Positions 9,486 to 18,563 of a stretch of DNA of 64,000 nt are shown here, in pieces; the stretch's first letter is position 1, and every line of letters starts with the position of its first letter. The notes beneath the pieces were generated by a model, which was not told the DNA's origin, made no database searches, and saw only the letters and a program-made list of their open reading frames with translations. The translations under genes were made by a program, and so were the position numbers. Source of the DNA: a virus (lineage: Duplodnaviria; Caudoviricetes); IMG/VR virus record IMGVR_UViG_2545824562_000002, positions 1,261-65,260 of that record, one strand, 5' to 3'.

Positions 9486-9903
9486 GGTCGCGCACGCTAT
9501 AACGCACAACGCCCCAAACGACGAGCTCATCGCCTTCCATGATGTACCGCGGAGGATACGCCGGGTTCTCCGACTTCAGTATGACCACGCCGTCACGACG
9601 GTGCAGTCGCTTGCATACCGGCTCACTGTTGACCGCGGCAATGACCACATCCCCGTGTTCAGCCTCGCGGCCGCGATCGACGATGACGATGTCACCGGAG
9701 TAGATCCCAGCCCCTTGCATGCTATCGCCTTCCACTTTCACCAGATACACATGTGGCGCGCGGAGGTCGAATAACTCATCAAGGGAAATATGGCCTTCCA
9801 AGTGGTCTGCAGCAGGCGACGGAAATCCGGCCGGCACACGAAAGGAATACAGCGGAAGCGAATCGGTACCGCCGATTGGTGTGCCCAAGAAAGTGATAGT
9901 CAT
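9475..9903 (-). CDS. umuD: UmuD/RulA S24 autopeptidase
   Basis: VPAGFPSPAAD cleavage motif, GDSM, VCKRL. Confidence 0.95.
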   Translation of the reverse strand: MTITFLGTPIGGTDSLPLYSFRVPAGFPSPAADHLEGHISLDELFDLRAPHVYLVKVEGDSMQGAGIYSGDIVIVDRGREAEHGDVVIAAVNSEPVCKRLHRRDGVVILKSENPAYPPRYIMEGDELVVWGVVRYSVRDHAQ

Positions 9904-9923
9904 GGTGGAAGGTCCGAAGCAAA

Positions 9924-9939
9924 CTGTATGCATATACAG
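9924..9939. promoter_or_regulatory. LexA (SOS) box between divergent umuD and SRAP
   Basis: CTGTATGCATATACAG fits CTG-N10-CAG. Confidence 0.9.
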
Positions 9940-10006
9940 TAAATCCGGCATCGGCTGCCCGGTCAATCCTGGGCGATGAAAATTCTGACAGGCGAGAGGG
10001 GTGATT

Positions 10007-10726
10007 ATGTGCGGACGGTACTCGATCTATGAGGCGATGGATCACTATCTGCGCCAGCTATCGCTGGACCTGGTAGTAATCAATGGCTACGACCATGAAC
10101 CGATCAGGCGCTTCAATGTGGCGCCTTCGACCCGGGTCGAGGTCATTCGCAGAGTAGACGAGGGGCTGAGCGTGGATAGGGTCAAGTGGGGATGGTCGCC
10201 TTTCTGGGCGAAGGGGAAACGCCCGGACCCGATCAATGCCCGGGCAGAGACGGCGGTAATGGGAAAGTTCTTCAAGGCTCTGTGGCCGAATGGAAGAGCT
10301 TTGGCACCGGCAAATGGCTGGTTCGAATGGGTTCCAGATCCTGCAGACCCGAAGCGAAAGCAGCCCTACTACATCACGAGCGCCGATGGCGGACCGCTAT
10401 TTTTTGCCGCGCTCGCAGAAGTACATCAGGGTCTGGAGCCAGATGAGCGAGATGGATTTGTCGTCATCACAGCCGCTGCTGATCAAGGCCTGATCGACAT
10501 CCACGACAGAAAGCCCTTGGTGCTCTCGCCTGAAACCGCAAGGGAATGGCTGGATCCAGCCACATTAGGCGAGCGCTTGGAAGCCATTGTCGAGGCTGGA
10601 TGCCGGCCGGCACAGGACTTCCGATGGTTTCCAGTTGGCAAGGCGGTGGGGAATGTTAGGAACCAAGGCCCCGAATTGATTGAACCTGTCAGTGAACAGA
10701 ACCGCCAGGGCGACCTAGAGCTCTGA
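10007..10726 (+). CDS. SOS response-associated peptidase (SRAP/YedK/HMCES family)
   Basis: N-terminal MCGRY, INARAET, GWFEW, IHDRKPLVL. Confidence 0.93.
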   Translation: MCGRYSIYEAMDHYLRQLSLDLVVINGYDHEPIRRFNVAPSTRVEVIRRVDEGLSVDRVKWGWSPFWAKGKRPDPINARAETAVMGKFFKALWPNGRALAPANGWFEWVPDPADPKRKQPYYITSADGGPLFFAALAEVHQGLEPDERDGFVVITAAADQGLIDIHDRKPLVLSPETAREWLDPATLGERLEAIVEAGCRPAQDFRWFPVGKAVGNVRNQGPELIEPVSEQNRQGDLEL

Positions 10727-10901
10727 GCTGGTAGTCGTTAACCGCCTGGAACTGCGATTCGGCAATTAGCCGCAAGCGCTCGACCGTTTCGGGAGAATCG
10801 CCTGCCGCCTGAGCTTCGTGGTACCGCTTCATCGCAGCCACAGCATCGCGGTACATGGGGTCATCGGGTAGCAGGGGTGGCGATTTTTCGCTCATTTGCA
10901 T
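10689..10901 (-). CDS. Small helical phage protein (ERLRLxAESxF family, copy 1)
   Basis: ETVERLRLIAESQFQAVNDYQ. Confidence 0.65.
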   Translation of the reverse strand: MQMSEKSPPLLPDDPMYRDAVAAMKRYHEAQAAGDSPETVERLRLIAESQFQAVNDYQLRALGRPGGSVH

Positions 10902-10916
10902 CCACCGTGGCCGGTG

Positions 10917-11126
10917 TCATTGAATGGTGGATGGTGGCTGACCAGCCGCGACCAGCTGGTAGTCAATGGCTGCATTGTAAAGCGAGTCGGCCAGCAGGCG
11001 TAGGCGCTCAATTTCGTCGATGGACGCACCATCCTCCTCGGCTGCTCGATGAGCACGAATAGCTTCCAAGGCTTGACGAAGCAGGGGTTCGCCGGCGAGA
11101 GCTATGCCTTCCAATGTTCTTTTCAT
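10917..11126 (-). CDS. Small helical phage protein (copy 2)
   Basis: GEPLLRQALEAIRAH...EIERLRLLADSLYNAAIDYQ. Confidence 0.7.
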   Translation of the reverse strand: MKRTLEGIALAGEPLLRQALEAIRAHRAAEEDGASIDEIERLRLLADSLYNAAIDYQLVAAGQPPSTIQ

Positions 11127-11138
11127 CGTCTGCTCCAG

Positions 11139-11401
11139 CTATGGGGCCAGAGCATTATAGGACGATTCACATAGCTGCCCCGCTATTCGGGCTCGGTCAT
11201 AAGCTTTTGCCAGCTCTCCCGCTCGTGCATCAGCCCGGTCGCGCAGTTCGGAGAGCACCATGGCGGCGCGGGTGGCTGCCTGGCCTCTGGCGACAGCGGC
11301 GGTTTCCGAGCCGGGGCAACTGTCGGTGGCAACGAACCGGCCGACTTCACTGCGCAACCGCTGGCCAGCAGCATCGGTGCCAACATCCTTAAAATCAGCA
11401 C
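11139..11401 (-). pseudogene. Duplicated 3' half of Rz with an embedded second Rz1-like lipoprotein ORF (11183-11401)
   Basis: ARGQAATRAAMVLS...YDRARIAG..CE.SYNAL and MLLASGCAV..PPLSPEARQPPAPPWCSP, near-identical to 12486-12769. Confidence 0.85.
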
Positions 11402-11508
11402 TTGCTCAGACCTCGCGAGTGCCTTTTTTGTGTAAAATCTGCCGCTTTGGCTGGGGAATGCCAGCTTTATGACAGCCTACGTGATCACTATGCCAAAGCG
11501 GTAATGCC

Positions 11509-12252
11509 ATGGACGAAATTGAAAATCCCTTTGAAGAACTGCACGGCTTGATGCAGGCGGCCGTTGCCATGTCCCCTGGGCATAAGACTCTGGACGTCTG
11601 GGCTTCTGTGCTGAAATGCTCGGCTTCGAACTCGATTGAGGTAGCAAAAGGTCTAAACAGAGTCATTTTGCTAATGGAGCGCTCCCGCAAAGCGATTACC
11701 TTTATCCCCGGCGATAGAGAGCGATTCGTGACACCTATCCAACAGCTGGAGACATTGTTCGAATCCCAGAACCTGACAAACTTATGGAGCGACTACAGGA
11801 GTTATCTTGACGCCTCGACCCTGACTGCGCTCGATTTTGGAGCATATGCACTGTCGCAATTCTCCCCAGGGTCGTCCCCGGAAAAATCAGTTGCGATACG
11901 GCAGTATATTGAAAAGCTAGACAATCTCCTTGCGGAAGCTCTGGAAGCAGACCTCTCTGATCCGATCAAGAAATTGTTCATCAAACACCTCGAAGCGCTT
12001 CGCACTGCTCTTCTCCGCTACAAAGTGGAGGGGCCCGAGGTGTTGGAGGCTGCTCTTGACGGTGCCATTGGAGCCCTTCATCGCAACGGAGCTAGTATCC
12101 GAGATGAGCCAGAACAAGGCCAAGAGCTGTTCCATCGGTTTTGGGATATGCTGTCAAAGGTTAACGATTTAGCTTCTGGCGCTGAAAATGCGACCGCACT
12201 GTTGGGGTTTGTATCCCCGCTGTTGCTGCCTTTGATTGCCAACAGTATCTAG
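11509..12252 (+). CDS. Hypothetical moron protein, antisense to the late operon
   Basis: 247-aa helical ORF, more AT-rich than its neighbours, between duplicated lysis segments. Confidence 0.8.
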   Translation: MDEIENPFEELHGLMQAAVAMSPGHKTLDVWASVLKCSASNSIEVAKGLNRVILLMERSRKAITFIPGDRERFVTPIQQLETLFESQNLTNLWSDYRSYLDASTLTALDFGAYALSQFSPGSSPEKSVAIRQYIEKLDNLLAEALEADLSDPIKKLFIKHLEALRTALLRYKVEGPEVLEAALDGAIGALHRNGASIRDEPEQGQELFHRFWDMLSKVNDLASGAENATALLGFVSPLLLPLIANSI

Positions 12253-12289
12253 TGAAGAGGGGGCAAATCTTTTCCGCACGCTTTGGCGA

Positions 12290-12472
12290 TCACCATAAAC
12301 TGGTAACCGGACCCAACCTGAAAAAGCGACTCGGCCAGCAGCCGTAGGCACTCGATCTCTTAAGATGGGGCGCCACCGTATTCGCTTCGTGGATTCGGCG
12401 CAGTGCGTCGATTGCTTGTTGAATCAGCGGCTTGCCTGCCTCGACCATCCCGATGGACGTCCGCTTGTCCAC
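12290..12472 (-). pseudogene. Frameshifted paralog of 10917-11126 (copy 3)
   Basis: MDKRTSIGMVEAGKPLIQQAIDALRRIHEA matches; similarity is lost in-frame after about codon 30. Confidence 0.6.
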
Positions 12473-12485
12473 AGTCCTGCTCCGG

Positions 12486-13001
12486 TCAGTTGATCAACGC
12501 ATTATAGGATGCTTCACACGCGAGCCCCGCTATTCGGGCGCGGTCATAAGCCTGCGCCAGCTCTCGATTCGTAGCGACAGACCGCTCGAGCAGGTCGGAG
12601 AGCACCATGGCGGCGCGGGTGGCTGCCTGGCCTCGGGCGATAGCGGCGGTATCCGGGCCGGGGCAACTGACGGCGGCAGCGAATTGGGTGGCGTCACTGC
12701 GCAGCCGCTTGCCAGCAGCATCGGCGTCAGCAGCGCCAGCATCAGCAATCGTTCGTTCTTCCTGGGCATGGGCTCTCGCCTCCTCTTGCACCGTGGCGCG
12801 TCGTTGTTCTTCCTGCCGAGCGCCTCGCTCGCCGATCACTTCGGCCAGCCGGTCACCACTGTCTCGTTGCGCCGATGCCTGGCCAGCCTCTGCTCGCTCA
12901 ATCGACCGACCATGCTGGTATATGCCCCAGTAGGAGGCGACCACCAGGAGCACGACCAGTAAGCGCAGCGGGAGTGAAAGTTTCGCTACCAGCTGTCCCA
13001 T
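12486..13001 (-). CDS. Rz: Inner-membrane spanin Rz-like (DUF2514-type)
   Basis: N-terminal TM, Ala-rich coiled coil, ARIAGLACEASY end, located downstream of the endolysin. Confidence 0.85.
   Translation of the reverse strand: MGQLVAKLSLPLRLLVVLLVVASYWGIYQHGRSIERAEAGQASAQRDSGDRLAEVIGERGARQEEQRRATVQEEARAHAQEERTIADAGAADADAAGKRLRSDATQFAAAVSCPGPDTAAIARGQAATRAAMVLSDLLERSVATNRELAQAYDRARIAGLACEASYNALIN
12530..12769 (-). CDS. Rz1: Embedded outer-membrane spanin Rz1-like lipoprotein
   Basis: Lipobox LASGC, Pro-rich, nested out of frame in Rz. Confidence 0.75.
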   Translation of the reverse strand: MPRKNERLLMLALLTPMLLASGCAVTPPNSLPPSVAPARIPPLSPEARQPPAPPWCSPTCSSGLSLRIESWRRLMTAPE

Positions 13002-13302
13002 GCTGCCTCCCACTCTGGAAGGTCGACCGTTTGCCCGGCCAGGTCATGGGTGCTGTCGGCTAGATACTGGATTCGACCGTCTGTCACGAAGGAATGGCAG
13101 ACCGTTTCTTTATTGCCGTGCGATACCGGGACAGCACAGACGGAGTGAAGGTCGGCGCGTCAGCATTCTCGTTGTACCCCCAGCGCGGCCCATGGCCTGC
13201 GCCCACGTTCATGCTATGCGGCAGGTTGCAACCATTGCAGAAGAACCACAGCGATCCGTCATCGGCCTGGCCCAGGCAGCGGCCTATCGTTTTGATGGTC
13301 AT
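12986..13302 (-). pseudogene. DUF6527-like protein split by a 1-nt frameshift
   Basis: FFCNGC..H...RWGYN...PTFTPSVL in one frame; VCHSFVTDGRIQYLADSTHDLAGQTVDLPEW in another; junction ~13115. Confidence 0.7.
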
Positions 13303-13787
13303 GCCAGCACCCCGCCAAGCTCTTTCCACTTGGCCAACAGCTTGTCCAGTCGGTGTGGGTTCTGCCCGTAGGTGTTGCCCGGAAAGCTGGCCCAGATGTT
13401 CGAGCACTTAGCGATGGCCTGCTGGATACGGCCGGCCTTGATGTCATCCAGCGCACGGCGCTCGCGGATCTGCTGGAGAGCAATGCGGTCCTGGTTCTCC
13501 GGTATAAATCCGCCTTGCAATCCCAAGCTTACTCGATAGGCGTCCCAGTAACGCTCAAGAAGTTGGTATCGTCCAGCAGCGGTGCTGGTGACCGATTTAC
13601 CGTTGATGGGAAAGGTAAGCTTTCGACGAGGGTGATCAGCATAGTCACGGAACAGGCTGCCCCCATAAAGCACGTTATAACCGTCATCGCTGGCCTTGAC
13701 CGTCGAGGTACCTTCAGACCAGGCAAGCAAGTCGAGAAATGCCAGCACGTTGAGACCGCCGACGGCAGTAGAATTAAGTCGAGCCAT
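13299..13787 (-). CDS. Endolysin, lambda-R-type lytic transglycosylase
   Basis: AFLDLLAWSEGT, STAAGRYQLL, QDRIALQQIRE, CSNIWASFPG. Confidence 0.93.
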   Translation of the reverse strand: MARLNSTAVGGLNVLAFLDLLAWSEGTSTVKASDDGYNVLYGGSLFRDYADHPRRKLTFPINGKSVTSTAAGRYQLLERYWDAYRVSLGLQGGFIPENQDRIALQQIRERRALDDIKAGRIQQAIAKCSNIWASFPGNTYGQNPHRLDKLLAKWKELGGVLA

Positions 13788-13849
13788 GTTATCTCCAGAA
13801 AAGAAAACGCCCGCGATGGCGGGCGTATAAAACTCTATTTCGCTCTAAT

Positions 13850-15598
13850 TCAACCGCTAAGTTCAACGTTACAACTATTAAGCACAGCTGTGCCGGAATC
13901 ACTAAGGGAGCGACCAGCGACCTCGAAGGTAAGTGACTCGTTCGGGAGGTCTATATATCCGGATACGAGTTGGCCCACAGCCTGCCCAAGATTCTGGGAT
14001 GCTCCCAAGCACGAAAACTGCAACTGGAAGGCACTTCGAGAACTGGTCGGACGCATGAAAAGCTCAATACGACCATATGCCCCAGCGTTAACCCGGTAGG
14101 TACCTAGAGCTACGGCCTCACCGCTAATTAGGCGAATAGTTGGTGTAAAAAGCCCATCTGCCGATTGGGCCCGACAGGTTATGATCATACGGATAGCCTG
14201 ATCTTGATCAGCTACATACCCTACACGCGTTGTCGCGATACCATTTAAAATGGTGGCTTCTGCAACACCTGAGGTCGATCCACCTGCAAACCTAAGTGTG
14301 ATATCGCTCCATCGATTCGACCTGTATTGCGAAAGATCATCTACCCCGCCAGCACGACACAAGTACCGTCGGATATTGGCTTCTCCCCCAACACCATAGA
14401 CATCTGGAATTCCTGGATTGTCTGCTCCAAACCCACCACGTAGGTTCCAGCAAATATTATTTTGATAGAACTTACAGCCTCTCGTATCAATCGAACAGTT
14501 AGATTTATAACCAAACAGAGCTGAACCATATGCTACAGCGGCCGGCAACCGACCGTTGTTACGAAACTCGGTATAGTCGAAAACAGTGCTCGAGTCATGT
14601 TTTGAGTACAAGCCATATTCAAGCGCATTTCTAACAATAGTATAGGTTGAACTCGTAGCACTCAGTGACATGCGCCCACCCGTATTATCCAAACCGTAGC
14701 GAGCCCCATCTGAGATCCCTCCGGAGACTGTTACTGAACCACCGGGCAGAGCAGATATATTGGATAAACCGTTCCCATAGAACCCGCAATTCTGGACAAA
14801 TACTACGCTACCTGCTGCAACAGCCAATGCACGTCGAACTTGTTGAACATTCGATAAAGCTGGATCGTACCAATTTCGCATGCACAGATTAGTAATGCTG
14901 ACTCGGTTTCCCTGCCCAGTGTTGAAGCCGCTCAAGGCACTCAAGCCAGATCCATCGAGAAAGGCGGTGTAGACACTTGGCTCGACCTGAGAGCCTCCTA
15001 CCGAAGGAAACTCAAAAGATAGGTAGTTTGCACCATTGGCCAGCCAGTCTGGCAACGTAACAGACTCATTATAAATTCCGGCAGCGCCAACGACGATCCA
15101 CCTCCCGGAAAGCGGCATATAATTCCGCAACGCAGCTATAGTCCCAGAAAAGCCATTAAGTGGACGTTCAGGACTCAAGCCATCCCCTTTACCTCCTGGC
15201 GCCATATAAAGCCTGTTCACATCAGTGCTTGACGGCTGAAGATTAAATATATTTGAACCAGCCTTAATACTTCCTGCACCAAGGTGACGAACAGAATGAA
15301 GCCCCGGAATAGTTTGATTAGTTACTAGCGGCTCCGACCCCGCCGGCCAATACAAATCAGCACTCTTGGCAATAGCTACAGCAGTGGCAGACTCTAAGCC
15401 GGCTTGGATCACTTCTGCCCCACCTCCAGCCCCATCGACATAGTCCTTAACCGACACCACATCGCGTAGCCTTTCTTGGACAGAACGATTGAGTTGCCCC
15501 GGACCATTGGGATCATATATTACATTTGCGGCATTATTGACATCGCCAACTTGAGGCAGGGCATTTGTTTTATTAACAACTTTATCTGAGACAGTCAT
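13850..15598 (-). CDS. Tailspike/depolymerase-like beta-helix protein
   Basis: RSVQERLRDVVSVKDY tailspike-type motif and Asn/Gly-rich beta-helix-like repeats; AT-richer than core genes. Confidence 0.7.
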   Translation of the reverse strand: MTVSDKVVNKTNALPQVGDVNNAANVIYDPNGPGQLNRSVQERLRDVVSVKDYVDGAGGGAEVIQAGLESATAVAIAKSADLYWPAGSEPLVTNQTIPGLHSVRHLGAGSIKAGSNIFNLQPSSTDVNRLYMAPGGKGDGLSPERPLNGFSGTIAALRNYMPLSGRWIVVGAAGIYNESVTLPDWLANGANYLSFEFPSVGGSQVEPSVYTAFLDGSGLSALSGFNTGQGNRVSITNLCMRNWYDPALSNVQQVRRALAVAAGSVVFVQNCGFYGNGLSNISALPGGSVTVSGGISDGARYGLDNTGGRMSLSATSSTYTIVRNALEYGLYSKHDSSTVFDYTEFRNNGRLPAAVAYGSALFGYKSNCSIDTRGCKFYQNNICWNLRGGFGADNPGIPDVYGVGGEANIRRYLCRAGGVDDLSQYRSNRWSDITLRFAGGSTSGVAEATILNGIATTRVGYVADQDQAIRMIITCRAQSADGLFTPTIRLISGEAVALGTYRVNAGAYGRIELFMRPTSSRSAFQLQFSCLGASQNLGQAVGQLVSGYIDLPNESLTFEVAGRSLSDSGTAVLNSCNVELSG

Positions 15599-15669
15599 TA
15601 GGCATCCCCCTCTACCACTTGTCCGAGGGGGGCGACTACAGGAACAGTGACTCTGATGATGTAACGCAT
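15598..15669 (-). CDS. 23-aa micro-ORF translationally coupled to the tailspike gene
   Basis: CTGGAG RBS, MRYIIRVTVPVVAPLGQVVEGDA, TAATG overlap. Confidence 0.4.
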   Translation of the reverse strand: MRYIIRVTVPVVAPLGQVVEGDA

Positions 15670-15723
15670 GGGTTTTCTCCAGGCACAAAGAAGCCCGCGC
15701 GTGGCGGGCACTAAAGGTCAGAT

Positions 15724-18027
15724 CTAAATAGCCAGGCTCACGCCGGAGGTTGTCACAGCGACCATTTTACGGCGGCCTACAGACAGCGCAGCCTTGGTGT
15801 CGAAACCGGCCTCCGCTGTATCGGAAAAGAAGTGATATCCGCCCCGCCACCTGTAGCTCTCGCCCGCGTTGAGCGTTGCTGGCATCGCCGCGACGATGGC
15901 GTTATAGAACTTCGCTCGCGGAGGCCCATCAGGCTCTTGGCCGCCGCGAATGAAAGAAGCGCTTGGGGAAACGTAGCGCCCGTCGCCTGCCTCATAGGCA
16001 CGGTCGACCCAGCAGGCCATTGTCCCGTTGCTCGACTTCATCAGCAGCAACCAGGCCTTCGGATAGGCGGTGCGCGCCCCGCTTGACTGGGTTGCGTCAA
16101 GAGCGACCCGCGCAGGCAACTGAGAATCCGGCAGCATCTGGGTCGCGTTGAACCCACCGAAGTAGGCCTGCGGCCCGTTGTCTACGCTGACGGCAACGGC
16201 CTCAAGCGCGGTGATCTGGGCATGGATCTGCATACCGCTGCCCGACATGTCCAGCGAGAATGCCTGCTGCAAGGCATAGCGTCCGAGGGTGATGGTGTTG
16301 TAGGCGAACAGGTGGTTGACGATCATGCATTCCAGGCTGGTGACATAGCCTGAGTTCGTCTTGTCCACGAGCTGCCCATCGGCATAGATGGCGAACAGGA
16401 CGTTCTTGGCGGTCGCCTCACCACCGGCATTGCCGTCGCTGCCATGAGCGCCACCTGTGTAATAGCGTGCCCCAGCATCGCCGTTGTTCAGCGCCTGAAC
16501 GATCATCGGCGGCAGGTAGTCGGTTTCCACGTCACTCAGCATCGTCCAGGTGGCGGCAGAGAGGTCGGCGACCTTGGGGGCCCTGTCGATCCTTGTCAGG
16601 TTCGGGAGACTGTTGATCGCTGCCGGCCTGACCGTGACGCGGTAGGCGTAATCACCCGACACATAGGCGTAAGTCAGCGCCTTGGTCGTGGCGTTGTAGG
16701 TGTAATAAACCCCTGTCTTCTGGCCATCCCCGGATGGAATGGCGGTGATTGCCTGCTTGTAGCGGCTTTCGTCGATGATCCAGCTGTAGCCGGGAAAGCC
16801 CGTGTTTACTGCCGCGTAGGCAGAGCCATCAGCAGGGAGCTTGCTGCCGTCCACGGTCAGCTTGAACTTCACGTACGGCTTGACGGTAGTGGCCACGGTC
16901 AGCGTCTGCACGCCCCCTGCCCGTTTGAGCGTCCCGGCGATCGTGGTGAAGTGCTGCAGGCGAACCGCGACAGATGCCGATTCATAGGTTGCCTTGTCGA
17001 ATTCCTCAAGGATCAGGCCGATTGACGACAAGCCCGTCACTACCACCCCACCAGATCCGACCACCGCAACGCAGGTAATGTAGGCGACCCGGTACAACTT
17101 GCCGTCTTCCGCTCCAAGCACCTCGATGTCGAGGAAGAGGTCGCGAAACGGTTGGTAGTCGGCACTCACCGTGGCGTTGCGTGGCGTCGCCATGCTGAGC
17201 GGGAACACCTTGCTTGCATTGATAGACAGCGTGTCGATCTGCGGCGATTTGTACTCGGAGGCGTAGGTGTAGCAGCTCTCGTCGATGATCCACGACCAGG
17301 CATCGAACCCCGAGTTGGAGTTGGAGTTGATCGGAGTTCCAGCCGCAGGCAGGCCAGCGGGATCGACCGTGATCTTGAACTGCATTTCCGGCCGGGAGGT
17401 CGGAACCAGCACCACCGTTTGAATGCCGCCAGCCCGGGTGATTTGCGGCTGCGTCCCGGCAAGGGGGATCAACTCCACCCGACCTGCTGCGGTTGTCGCG
17501 TAGGTGGCAGAATCGTACTTTTCGATGATCCAGTTGAACCCATTTCCACCATTTTCGTTCGCCTGGTAAGAAATGCGGTAGTACTCGCCTTGCCGGGCGT
17601 TCACCACGACCACGTCCAGAATCGACTTGTTCCAGGAAGCGCTCAGGGCAGATGTCACACCCGCTCGAATTTTTTGACGCAGCGGGTATCCCTTACCCCG
17701 GTTTATGGTTAAGCCGTCTGCGATGAACGAGAGTATTGAGTTGATTTCAACCGCTACTCCGGCATCGTTGCGGTACCGGGTTTCTGCTTTGTCGCCGGTA
17801 GAGGGCACCGTGAAAAACCGGTTGTCAGTCCCGGTTCCGTTGGTCTTCGTCAGGCCCTCGGCAACTGTTGGGTAAGTGCCAATGCTGGCCAGGAACTCGG
17901 CATAGATCTTTTTCAGGGTCGGCTTGGTGGTGCCGTTGATCGTGACGAAATCAGCATCCGACAAGAACAGCGCGTTAGCGTTGGACACGAGCTGATTGAA
18001 AAGCTGAACGTCGGTGGCTCCGCTCAT
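15724..18027 (-). CDS. Tail fibre/receptor-binding protein with a tandem internal domain repeat
   Basis: Follows the tail-tip genes; YPTVAEGL..T....FFTV N-terminal motif; two repeats each ending SWIIDES. Confidence 0.75.
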   Translation of the reverse strand: MSGATDVQLFNQLVSNANALFLSDADFVTINGTTKPTLKKIYAEFLASIGTYPTVAEGLTKTNGTGTDNRFFTVPSTGDKAETRYRNDAGVAVEINSILSFIADGLTINRGKGYPLRQKIRAGVTSALSASWNKSILDVVVVNARQGEYYRISYQANENGGNGFNWIIEKYDSATYATTAAGRVELIPLAGTQPQITRAGGIQTVVLVPTSRPEMQFKITVDPAGLPAAGTPINSNSNSGFDAWSWIIDESCYTYASEYKSPQIDTLSINASKVFPLSMATPRNATVSADYQPFRDLFLDIEVLGAEDGKLYRVAYITCVAVVGSGGVVVTGLSSIGLILEEFDKATYESASVAVRLQHFTTIAGTLKRAGGVQTLTVATTVKPYVKFKLTVDGSKLPADGSAYAAVNTGFPGYSWIIDESRYKQAITAIPSGDGQKTGVYYTYNATTKALTYAYVSGDYAYRVTVRPAAINSLPNLTRIDRAPKVADLSAATWTMLSDVETDYLPPMIVQALNNGDAGARYYTGGAHGSDGNAGGEATAKNVLFAIYADGQLVDKTNSGYVTSLECMIVNHLFAYNTITLGRYALQQAFSLDMSGSGMQIHAQITALEAVAVSVDNGPQAYFGGFNATQMLPDSQLPARVALDATQSSGARTAYPKAWLLLMKSSNGTMACWVDRAYEAGDGRYVSPSASFIRGGQEPDGPPRAKFYNAIVAAMPATLNAGESYRWRGGYHFFSDTAEAGFDTKAALSVGRRKMVAVTTSGVSLAI

Positions 18028-18071
18028 AAAAACTCCAGGCAAAAAAATGCCCGCGATCAGCGGGCAGAGAT

Positions 18072-18554
18072 TCAGGTCATCTGGGCGCCGGGCCAAGACT
18101 TGGTGTACCAACGCATAAGCTCGGCGGTTAGAGCTGCGTTCATAACTGGCAATGGCATGCCGAGGAGCAGCTCCGCGAACTCTGCCTCATCAACGATGGG
18201 GAGCTCGAATAGCTCGAGTGTGGCGCTGTAGCGCCACATGTCGACACCAATCAGATCGGGGCCCTGATAGATATCCGTAAATCTGGAGCGGGTCGGCTGT
18301 ATGCCGAGTGGACTCTTTATCGGGCAAAGAAACCAATCGGCGTAACCAATTCCCCATTTGCACCAGCCCTCAAACAAGCGCGCCTGCTTGGCTGTGAAAA
18401 TCCAGGAAACACTGACCATGGTTGGAACGCTTGAATAGAGCCGGCGCTGCACAGCCCTGCCACTGACTTTCGGGGATCGGCGAATTGGGCTGATCGGCGT
18501 GAAGCCGTACCTCTCACGCAGCGGCAAGGGCAGCCCTTCAGGGTAAACAAGCAT
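18072..18554 (-). CDS. Distal tail (Dit-like) protein
   Basis: YPEGLPLPLRERYGF...GRAVQRRLY..VP...SVSW...FEGW, position in tail module. Confidence 0.7.
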   Translation of the reverse strand: MLVYPEGLPLPLRERYGFTPISPIRRSPKVSGRAVQRRLYSSVPTMVSVSWIFTAKQARLFEGWCKWGIGYADWFLCPIKSPLGIQPTRSRFTDIYQGPDLIGVDMWRYSATLELFELPIVDEAEFAELLLGMPLPVMNAALTAELMRWYTKSWPGAQMT

Positions 18555-18563
18555 GATCCGTCC

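Noticed and set aside
13850-18027. Diversity-generating retroelement or invertible tail-fibre shufflon
   Set aside because: No reverse transcriptase, no TR/VR pair, and no inverted crossover repeats or adjacent invertase were seen.
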